DNA of 64,000 nucleotides. Source: an uncultured bacterium. GTDB taxonomy: Bacteria > Fidelibacterota > Marinisomatia > Marinisomatales > JACNKV01. The notes under the pieces are model-generated. The model saw only the letters and a program-made list of their open reading frames with translations. It ran no database searches and was not told where the DNA came from. Positions 57,061 to 64,000 of this stretch are shown in pieces; within the stretch, counting starts at the first letter, position 1, and each line of letters starts with the position of its first letter. The position numbers were made by a program, and so were the translations under genes. Location: contig CAYLYH010000007.1 of NCBI GenBank assembly GCA_964388155.1, positions 5,679-69,678 of the forward strand. The letters are read 5' to 3'.

Positions 57061-58095
57061 TTAATTAATTGCCAGCAAATCGGTAAGAATTGAAAATCCG
57101 GTTTCTATTTTACCGGCACCGGCACCGACAATCGTAACGTCGCCCATTAAATCGGTTGAAAATGTCAATGCATTTGTCGCACCCATGATTCCTGCCAGCG
57201 GATGGGTCATCGGCACCATTTCCGGTTTTACGGAGGCAATGATTGTTCCGTCTATAATTTCTGTTGAGCCAAGTAATTTCCAACGAGCATTTTGAGCTTT
57301 TGCGTTAACAATATCTTCTGATGTGATTTTCGTAATTCCTTCACATGACACATCATTAATTCCAAAACTTTGCCCCATAACAACATTGGTCAATATCGCA
57401 ACTTTTGCACGTGCATCATAACCTTCCACATCGCCGGTCGGATCGGCTTCGGCGTACCCGAGTTCCTGGGCTTTTGCGAGTGCATCATCGTAACTCATCC
57501 CGTTTTCCATTTCTGAAAGAATGTAGTTTGTCGTTCCGTTCAAAATCCCTTTTACAGATGTGATGGTGTTTCCGGCTAATGAACCTTCTGCCAAATTCAA
57601 AATGGGCGTTCCGCTTGCAACCGTCCCTTCAATTTTGAACTCAACATTGTTGTCCTGCGCCAGTTTCAGCATCTCCTGATACGCTAATGCCGCAGGACCT
57701 TTATTACTGGTTACAATATGCTTCCCGGATTCAAACGCAGCCTTACAATGTGAGATTGCCGGCTCTCCGGTTTGCAGGTCGGTAAAAGCTAATTCACAAA
57801 TAACATCCGCATTGGATTCTTTAATGGTTCGTAATGCATCCCACCCTGTTTCCAATGATGACTTCTTACATTTGCAATCATATTTGTTGAGTGATTTTCC
57901 GCTTTCGGCAAATTCCAATAATTTGTCAACATTTAATCCTTCGTTGCAGTAAACCGATCCTTTCATGACATCAGAAACAGCCACAATTTTCCAATCGTAG
58001 TCGTGTTTTTGTTTCAGTTCATTTTTTTTGTCACGCAAGATTTCACATAAACCCTGTCCGACAGTTCCAAATCCTATGAGTGCTATTTTTTGCAT
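57061..58095 (-). CDS. hom: homoserine dehydrogenase (no ACT domain)
   Basis: Contains MQKIALIGFGTVGQG, VTSNKGPAA, GILNGTTNYIL and AQELGYAEADPTGDVEGYDA. Confidence 0.9.
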   Translation of the reverse strand: MQKIALIGFGTVGQGLCEILRDKKNELKQKHDYDWKIVAVSDVMKGSVYCNEGLNVDKLLEFAESGKSLNKYDCKCKKSSLETGWDALRTIKESNADVICELAFTDLQTGEPAISHCKAAFESGKHIVTSNKGPAALAYQEMLKLAQDNNVEFKIEGTVASGTPILNLAEGSLAGNTITSVKGILNGTTNYILSEMENGMSYDDALAKAQELGYAEADPTGDVEGYDARAKVAILTNVVMGQSFGINDVSCEGITKITSEDIVNAKAQNARWKLLGSTEIIDGTIIASVKPEMVPMTHPLAGIMGATNALTFSTDLMGDVTIVGAGAGKIETGFSILTDLLAIN

Positions 58096-58107
58096 TTTTT
58101 CTCCTTT

Positions 58108-58200
58108 GCCACTGAGTCACGTAGGACACAGAGACTATCTAATTATGTGTCATGAGTAAATATCTTAATATTTTCTCGGTGTTCTCTGCGTCTCTGTGGC
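58108..58200. repeat. R3 (CACAGAG-type) imperfect palindrome
   Basis: GCCACTGAGTCACGTAGGACACAGAGA (58108-58134) faces TCTCGGTGTTCTCTGCGTCTCTGTGGC (58174-58200). About 19 of 27 positions are complementary, around a 39-nt AT-rich spacer. The element lies between the metY-like gene and hom. Confidence 0.7.
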
Positions 58201-58203
58201 AGT

Positions 58204-59583
58204 TCAGATTGTGTTTAGAGCCTTTTCGAGATCTGCAATGATATCGTCTGCATGTTCGATTCCAACAGCAATCCGCACGGCATTGGGTTTGATGGATGCC
58301 AACTTTCGCCCTTCTTCGCCCTGCTGTTGGTGAGTGGAAATGGCATTTAATGTTGCAACCGTCTTTACCCGACCTAAATCCGTGGCACGCCAAATCATAT
58401 CCAAATTGTCATAAAACCGACGGGTATTCACGGTATCTCCACCCTGCTTTTCTGTGATCTCAGCCAACAACATATACCCGTACATATTTTCTGAACTGTC
58501 CACCAGCTTCATATATTTTTTTGCCAAATCGTATGCTTCATAATTTTCAAGCCCGGGATAATAAACACGGCCCACTTTTGGATGAGAAGATAGATATTTT
58601 GAGACCTTTAATGCCGTATCGCTCATTTGGGCAATCCGCATTCTGAGTGACCGCATATCGTTCAGCGTCATAATTGCCGCCATCGGATGTAACGCCGGTC
58701 CGTTATCCCGATAGGGCCATAGCTTTGCCCAGATTGCAAAATCTGCTTTCATCTCGTCTGTTCCGATCTTGCTCGTGATGTTTTTTCTGGCTGTCAATAA
58801 TCCGACAATGGATGTTCCGCTTGCAGAAAGCACCTTTGATGCGGACTGCACGACAATATCCGCCCCAAATTCGATTGGCCGTGTCAGCGCCGGAGAGGCA
58901 CAGGTTGAATCCACAATCAGCGGAATATTATGTGCATGTGCAATCTCTGTAACTTTCTCAATGTCGAATAATGCCACGGATGGGTTCGACGGAAATTCCC
59001 CATACACAAATCGAGTGCCTTCATCTATTTTTGATTCCCATTCGTTTAAGTCCAGCGGATTGGTCACCCACCGGACTTCAATCCCCTGTTCTTTTCTTCG
59101 GCGAATCCAAAATTGCTGAAATGAACCGCCGTATACTCTTGCGGATGCTACAAAATTAGGTGGGGGCAGCGAATCATCCTTGACTAAAAACGGGTCTGTC
59201 GCTGTGCGAATTGCACTCATTCCGCTGGAAGTAGCCACACAAGACGCTTCCACTCCAGATTGATAGGCTTCCAATAAGGCTGTTGTTTCCTCGAGGAAGA
59301 ACGTGGATGGGTTGGCAATACGTGAATAACACCAAGTTGGCATTTGATAGGCTAAGGCAGCTTCCATTTCTCCGCTGTCGTGATAAGCTTGTGCCGGACT
59401 CATATATACGGGTTCCATGATCGAACCGTTATTAGAATTGAGAGCTTCCGTCAAATCATAAAGACCGTGGGTGGCAATTGTATCGAACTTCCAATGTTTT
59501 GTTCTGTCAATTCGCCGCTGGCGTTCAGCGGTCATTTGCTTCCCCTTTTCTATCCAATAATTAGCATCTTTTCCTTTATTCAT
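58204..59583 (-). CDS. O-acetylhomoserine sulfhydrylase-like PLP enzyme (divergent trans-sulfuration family member)
   Basis: Contains YSRIANPST, SSGMSAI, GADIVVQSASKVLSASGTSIVG (PLP-Lys) and ISTHQQ. The ATG at 59583 has AAGGAGA 6 nt upstream, so it is preferred over the GTG at 59610. Confidence 0.8.
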   Translation of the reverse strand: MNKGKDANYWIEKGKQMTAERQRRIDRTKHWKFDTIATHGLYDLTEALNSNNGSIMEPVYMSPAQAYHDSGEMEAALAYQMPTWCYSRIANPSTFFLEETTALLEAYQSGVEASCVATSSGMSAIRTATDPFLVKDDSLPPPNFVASARVYGGSFQQFWIRRRKEQGIEVRWVTNPLDLNEWESKIDEGTRFVYGEFPSNPSVALFDIEKVTEIAHAHNIPLIVDSTCASPALTRPIEFGADIVVQSASKVLSASGTSIVGLLTARKNITSKIGTDEMKADFAIWAKLWPYRDNGPALHPMAAIMTLNDMRSLRMRIAQMSDTALKVSKYLSSHPKVGRVYYPGLENYEAYDLAKKYMKLVDSSENMYGYMLLAEITEKQGGDTVNTRRFYDNLDMIWRATDLGRVKTVATLNAISTHQQQGEEGRKLASIKPNAVRIAVGIEHADDIIADLEKALNTI

Positions 59584-59656
59584 GATGTTTCTCCTTTGTA
59601 ATAGTATCACATTCGCTACAGGTGTATTTTAAAATCATCCGTAATCTTTTTGAAAA

Positions 59657-59830
59657 TAACAAAACACAAAATCCAAATCTCAAATAAATGACAAATTCGA
59701 AATACCAATTCTTAAAACAAACACAAAAAAACAACTCTTTATTTCATCAATCAAACAATCTGTGTTTTTGAAATTTGGTGTTTTGGTCATTGGGTCTTAT
59801 TTGGAATTTGTGATTTGATGTTTGTTGTTT
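59657..59830. repeat. R4 long imperfect palindrome in the lrp / metY-like spacer
   Basis: The left arm (...ACAAAACACAAAATCCAAATCTCAAATAAATGACAAATTCGAAATACCAAT...) faces the right arm (...ATTGGGTCTTATTTGGAATTTGTGATTTGATGTTTGTTGTT). The reverse complement of the right arm carries the same CAAATYYCAAATAAR core. Confidence 0.6.
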
Positions 59831-59866
59831 AATCTGGTTTTGCCATAAGGCTCAGAGATTGAATCA

Positions 59867-60364
59867 TTAAGTAACCTTTTTCTCCGTGGCTTTGTGACTT
59901 TCATTAATGGAAATTTTTGTTTCTTGCTTGAGCGTGGATAGCACCACCAACGTTTTTAAATGCTGCACATCTTCAAGAGCTGTTAATTTGTGAATGATAA
60001 AATCTTCATATTTCGGAATATCTTTTGTCGCAACCTTGAGTAAGAAGTCAGCTTCTCCGGTAATGTGATGACATTCCATGACTTCTTCCAATTTTATGAT
60101 GGAGCTTGTAAAGCGCTTAACAGGATCTTTTCCGTGGCGCTTAAGTGTTACTTCCACATACGTAAAGCAGGTTACGCCCACTTTATGAGGGTCTACCAGC
60201 GCAACATATTGTCTGATAAATCCTCGTTTCTCTAACTTTTTTACTCGCTCCAATGTCGGAGATGCTGAGATGTTTATTTGTTTGGCAAGTTCAGAGTTTG
60301 TTATCCTTCCGTTTTGCTGAAGGATTTCAAGAATTTTTTTGTCTGTTTTATCTAAGTTGATCAT
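59867..60364 (-). CDS. Lrp/AsnC family transcriptional regulator
   Basis: LDKTDKKILEILQQNGRITNSELAKQINISASPTLERVKKLEKRGFI is followed by a RAM domain. The ATG at 60364 is preferred over the TTG at 60445. Confidence 0.92.
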   Translation of the reverse strand: MINLDKTDKKILEILQQNGRITNSELAKQINISASPTLERVKKLEKRGFIRQYVALVDPHKVGVTCFTYVEVTLKRHGKDPVKRFTSSIIKLEEVMECHHITGEADFLLKVATKDIPKYEDFIIHKLTALEDVQHLKTLVVLSTLKQETKISINESHKATEKKVT

Positions 60365-60544
60365 TATGTTCTGTATTCTTATTATTTTACGGGAGAACAT
60401 ACTGTAAATTATCAATATGACGGTATAATTATCTATAATGACCAAATATATTGATTTAACTATTTATAAAAGAAATCTATTAAATTCTCGCTCAACAATA
60501 GAGATAAAAACAGGCAAGTCATAATCAAAACTAATTACATAAAA

Positions 60545-62185
60545 TTGTTCCTTTTATGCGTAGTGCATCTTCTGATTCTATCCTGCGCAGCAATTCAGTC
60601 ACCGCCCGGAGGGCCGGAAGATACGACTCCTCCGTATCTTGTAACTGTCTCTCCTGCAAACGAAACGGTTGAATTTTCCGGGGGAGAGATTTTTCTTCAG
60701 TTCTCTGAATACATGGATGAAAACAGTGTTAAGAAAAGCCTACGAGTTTTCCCGATTCTCGGACAACCACTTGATATTAAATTCCGCGGGGAAGGTATTC
60801 TCTTGCGATTGCCAAACACGCTTTCTCCAAACCAAACCTACGTCATTACAGTAAGTCGGGATTTAAAAGATGAACACGGCGTTTCACTTGCAGAGCCAAT
60901 TCATCTTGCCTACAGCACCGGAACCCAAATTGATCACGGGCAAATCTCCGGTGTGGTTTCAGGTGGAGAAAACGCCTCTGTCCATTTGTGGAAATACTCA
61001 ACGAATACTCAACCGGATTCTTTGTATTTTACCGAACCGGATTATATCACCAACGTCACCGATGCGGGCACCTACCTATTTCAATACCTCTCTCCGGGGA
61101 CATATCACATACTGGCGATTGGTAATGAAGGAGCAGGAAGAGCGCTGGATCCGACACGAATGCGTTACGGTATGTTTTGGGAAAAGTCTGTTATTGTCTC
61201 CGAAAAAGATTCTGTGTCGCATGTAAACATGATTCTTCATAAAGACGTATCCAAGCAACGCTTATTGCGAGGAGAATGGCTGGAAAGTAATTGGGGCAAG
61301 CTGATATTTAGTAATGCTGTCACCGAAACAAACATAAAGCCCGGCGGGATTATCGAAAGGGAATCTGGTGAAAACCTTGATTTTTCGTGGTTTATAAATT
61401 CATTGGATTCCACGCAAGTAATATTGATGTCCGATTCTTTGTTAACGCCCGGGGAAAAATTACGTATCCTCATCAACATAGCTGACGAAAACCAAACAAA
61501 GGCAGCAGACACATCCGCTATAACGGTTATCGTCCCCGAAGAACCGGATACAACCGGGCTGGATTTACTTTCACCGAAGCAAACATTGAAACTCTCCCCT
61601 GATAAAACAGAGACACCGAGTGTGTCGTTGGTCTTCTCTAAACCTGTGGAGAAATCACGTTCTCCATTTGGGCTGGCGCTCACCAAAGAGGATAGTGTAA
61701 CTATTGCCGTTATTGAAGAATGGGTGAATCCGATGTGTCTAAACGTATATCCCGTTGACGGCTGGGAACCGAATACCACTTATCAGGTGACGTTAACGCA
61801 AGACAGCACGGCGATGGCTACGCGAGCGACCTTAAAAGATTCATTGACAACCATCGTGATTAAAACGACCGATCCTATTGGCTATGGAGTTCTGCGGGGG
61901 CAAACAGATATCCCGTGGTGTAAAAATTGCCGGGCAAACCTTACATCAGCGGATAATTCAACTTTTACATTGTCAGAATGTGTAAATTCATCGACGGTTT
62001 TTGAATTTAATCATGTACCTGAAGGAACATATTTCCTAATGATCTACAACGATCAAGATCAAAATAATTCCTATACGTTTGGGGATGCAATCCAAAACGT
62101 GGTGTCAGAACAATTCTGGCAAATTCCGGATACGGTTGATATCCGTGCAAACTGGGATATGGAACTTGATCTGAGACCCAAGTAG
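60545..62185 (+). CDS. Ig-like (SbsA/Big_5-type) domain lipoprotein
   Basis: TTG start with a lipobox (LILSC). PPGGPEDTTPPYLVTVSPANETVEF..IFLQFSEYMDENSV is the usual N-terminal Ig-like module. Confidence 0.6.
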   Translation: MFLLCVVHLLILSCAAIQSPPGGPEDTTPPYLVTVSPANETVEFSGGEIFLQFSEYMDENSVKKSLRVFPILGQPLDIKFRGEGILLRLPNTLSPNQTYVITVSRDLKDEHGVSLAEPIHLAYSTGTQIDHGQISGVVSGGENASVHLWKYSTNTQPDSLYFTEPDYITNVTDAGTYLFQYLSPGTYHILAIGNEGAGRALDPTRMRYGMFWEKSVIVSEKDSVSHVNMILHKDVSKQRLLRGEWLESNWGKLIFSNAVTETNIKPGGIIERESGENLDFSWFINSLDSTQVILMSDSLLTPGEKLRILINIADENQTKAADTSAITVIVPEEPDTTGLDLLSPKQTLKLSPDKTETPSVSLVFSKPVEKSRSPFGLALTKEDSVTIAVIEEWVNPMCLNVYPVDGWEPNTTYQVTLTQDSTAMATRATLKDSLTTIVIKTTDPIGYGVLRGQTDIPWCKNCRANLTSADNSTFTLSECVNSSTVFEFNHVPEGTYFLMIYNDQDQNNSYTFGDAIQNVVSEQFWQIPDTVDIRANWDMELDLRPK

Positions 62186-62198
62186 GAGGCATATCAAA

Positions 62199-63260
62199 AT
62201 GATAGCTGTTATAATGGCAGGAGGAAGCGGAACCCGGTTCTGGCCGTACAGTCGCCATACCCGCCCAAAACAAATGTTGAACATTGTCGGGGAGCAAACC
62301 ATGCTCCAAATGACCGTTGATCGGTTGAAAAAAATCAACCTGGTCAAAGATATTTATATTGTCACCCGCGAAGACCTTGCTAAGTCCGTTCAGAAAGAAA
62401 TTCACAATATCAGCAAGGAGAATATCATTGTAGAGCCCAGCGGAAAAAACACCGCTCCCTGCATTGGTTTAGCGGCGTTACATGTTGCAAAAAAATACCC
62501 AAAAGAAGTGATGGGGATTTTCCCCGCTGATCATCTGATTGTCGGGCATAAAGAATTTGCAAAAGCCATCGGCACCGCCAATCACCTTGCCCGGAAAAAC
62601 GAATCCATCGTTACCTTAGGAATTCCGCCGGCATTTCCCTCCACCGCCTACGGCTACATTCAATACGACCAAAAAAGCGATGAAGACCATTTAGGTGCGT
62701 ATCGGTTAAAAACATTTGCGGAAAAACCGCATCTCAGGTTGGCCAATAAATTTCTTAAAAGCGGCGATTTCCTCTGGAATGCAGGAATCTTTATTTGGAA
62801 AACCAATACGTTAATGTCCAAACTAAAAACGTGTATCCCGGATCTTTATGAGCACCTTGAGCGCATCCAGCTCCGGATAGATAATTCTGAGTCCTTTGAG
62901 GATATTTGGAATGAGGTTCATCCAATTTCTATCGACTATGGATTGATGGAAAAAGTTGTCGATGACACGTATGTTGTTCGTGCCGGATTTAGTTGGAATG
63001 ATCTTGGGTCGTGGAATTCCGTTTATAATGTATCGCCCAAAACAAACACTAATAATGTGATAAAAGGCGACGGCGTTATTTTGAAAGGATCAAATAACTA
63101 TATACAGTCCAACGGGCATTTCACCGCTGTTCTCGGACTGGATAATATTGTGGTCATTAATACGGACGATGCGACGCTTGTGGTTCAAAAAGATAAAGTA
63201 GAAGACGTAAAAGAACTGGTGGGCTGGCTGAAACATAATGAGAGGACAGAACTACTTTAG
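62199..63260 (+). CDS. manC: mannose-1-phosphate guanylyltransferase (no PMI/cupin extension)
   Basis: Contains AVIMAGGSGTRFWPYSR...PKQ, EPSGKNTAP, FPADH and WNAGIFIW. Confidence 0.9.
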   Translation: MIAVIMAGGSGTRFWPYSRHTRPKQMLNIVGEQTMLQMTVDRLKKINLVKDIYIVTREDLAKSVQKEIHNISKENIIVEPSGKNTAPCIGLAALHVAKKYPKEVMGIFPADHLIVGHKEFAKAIGTANHLARKNESIVTLGIPPAFPSTAYGYIQYDQKSDEDHLGAYRLKTFAEKPHLRLANKFLKSGDFLWNAGIFIWKTNTLMSKLKTCIPDLYEHLERIQLRIDNSESFEDIWNEVHPISIDYGLMEKVVDDTYVVRAGFSWNDLGSWNSVYNVSPKTNTNNVIKGDGVILKGSNNYIQSNGHFTAVLGLDNIVVINTDDATLVVQKDKVEDVKELVGWLKHNERTELL

Positions 63261-63335
63261 TGAAAAGTTGAAAGCAGTGGAAGTAAGCAGCATCAGTTGG
63301 CACTTTAATACTCAAACACCCTAACACTCCAAATA

Positions 63336-63623
63336 ATGAAGCCCGAAACACTCATGACACACTTCGAGAATCTCGCTGAGAGGGTTGGTGTTAAAATCAT
63401 ACGGGGAAAGGGAGATTTTCACGGTGGAAGCTGCCTCGTTCAAAAAAAAGATATCATTGTTCTTAATACGGTAAAACCCATTGAACAACGTCTGAGAGTA
63501 TTGGCGCAGGATTTTATCCAAAGGGACCTTTCAGATGTATACCTTGTCCCCGCACTCAGAGCATATATTGAGGAAATGCAGGATACGCTGTTCTCCTATG
63601 AGACAACAAAAGTGATTGATTGA
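63336..63623 (+). CDS. hypothetical small protein
   Basis: A 95-aa ORF with ordinary composition and no strong rival on the other strand. I recognise no family. Confidence 0.4.
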   Translation: MKPETLMTHFENLAERVGVKIIRGKGDFHGGSCLVQKKDIIVLNTVKPIEQRLRVLAQDFIQRDLSDVYLVPALRAYIEEMQDTLFSYETTKVID

Positions 63624-63832
63624 TAAAATGTATACTGACAGTGCTTTTACAAAACGAAGCAAGAACGGGGAATAAACAATTGCAACATCTATTGTAAAAT
63701 TCCTTGATTTCAATTTTCCAAGCGAGGTACACTCACAACTGTTTTTAATGCAAATAAACTTAATTCTGCAATGAATTCTTCCTGCTGATTTGTAGGAAAT
63801 GAGTTCATTTAACTGACAAAGAGGAATAAATA

Positions 63833-64000
63833 ATGAAAGAGTTTCAAGGAAAAGATATTCGAAATTTTGTAATCGTAGGACATGGCGGATGCGGTAAGAC
63901 CATGTTAAGTGAAAGCATGATGATGAATGATGGCGAGCTCACCCGCATGGGGACGATTGAAGCGGGAAACACCCTGTCCGATTATCATCAGGGTGAACAG
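63833..64000 (+). CDS. elongation factor G paralogue, N-terminal 56 codons (runs off the window)
   Basis: MKEFQGKDIRNFVIVGHGGCGKTMLSESMMMNDGELTRMGTIEAGNTLSDYHQGEQ is a translational-GTPase G1 region with the non-canonical GHGGCGKT seen in EF-G-like paralogues. GAGGAA lies upstream of the ATG. Confidence 0.8.
   Translation, partial: MKEFQGKDIRNFVIVGHGGCGKTMLSESMMMNDGELTRMGTIEAGNTLSDYHQGEQ

Noticed and set aside
58139-58393. 84-aa Cys/Arg-rich minus-strand ORF
   Set aside because: It is out of frame and overlaps the 3' end of the metY-like gene, running into the R3 repeat. The Cys/Arg richness comes from translating the repeat and the alternative frame.
59584-59866. SAM or other riboswitch in the leader of the metY-like gene
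   Set aside because: The leader is extremely A/T-rich, and the R4 palindrome accounts for it. I see none of the GC-rich conserved helices of SAM-I, SAM-II or SAM-IV.

Overview
This 64-kb window looks like it comes from an uncultured member of the Fibrobacteres-Chlorobi-Bacteroidetes (FCB) group, possibly Marinimicrobia- or Ignavibacteria-like. That placement is inferred from three things: C-terminal sorting domains of the type IX secretion system (T9SS), TonB-dependent receptors (TBDRs) with a CarboxypepD_reg N-terminal domain, and many structured intergenic repeats. It was not checked against any database.

Layout:
- 1-8.3 kb: a housekeeping block on the minus strand (rplY', prs, tRNA-Gln, ispE-ispF-ispD, queA, ruvB, uvrA).
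- 8.6-17.9 kb: yqgE, an orphan outer-membrane-like protein and a GNAT acetyltransferase. A 1.1-kb gene-poor stretch follows, containing a MITE with terminal inverted repeats (TIR) and a target-site duplication (TSD). Then come EamA and MFS transporters and a translationally coupled DUF2231 / acyl-CoA dehydrogenase / zinc-ribbon-DUF2231 operon.
- 17.9-22.6 kb: a GIY-YIG nuclease gene sandwiched between two direct copies of a composite structured repeat, a TBDR and a small outer-membrane protein.
- 23.2-30.7 kb: gpmI and a metal-homeostasis cluster (FetAB-like, stand-alone YedF/DsrE-like protein, ZnuB, ZnuA, His-rich outer-membrane barrel, His-rich secreted protein, DUF971).
- 30.9 kb: tRNA-Val.
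- 31.0-43.2 kb: a six-gene minus-strand operon encoding two T9SS cargo proteins, a lipoprotein, a TBDR, a PorV/PorQ-like barrel and an NHL lipoprotein. None shows a recognisable catalytic domain.
- 43.6-44.8 kb: a Cys-rich 4Fe-4S protein.
- 44.9-49.6 kb: a visibly AT-rich accessory island holding a class II Fic protein, a Cys-rich small protein, and an XRE regulator with a PD-(D/E)xK-DUF2075 nuclease/helicase-like ATPase. This is my best candidate for an undescribed defence-type module.
- 49.7-51.9 kb: MFS, NUDIX, and a Bcp/PrxQ peroxiredoxin whose peroxidatic Cys codon is an in-frame TGA. I read this as a selenoprotein; the ORF track misses it.
- 51.9-60.4 kb: an Lrp-headed block of PLP enzymes (OAH-sulfhydrylase-like, MGL-like, tryptophanase/TPL-like) plus hom, an ALDH and a truncated ANL-like protein.
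- 60.5-64 kb: an Ig-like lipoprotein, manC, a small ORF and the start of an EF-G paralogue.

No rRNA, CRISPR array, integrase or transposase was seen. Several families of short structured intergenic repeats recur through the window. Coordinates of features not tied to an ORF were hand-counted and may be off by 1-2 nt. All protein family calls come from recognising motifs by eye, not from searches.
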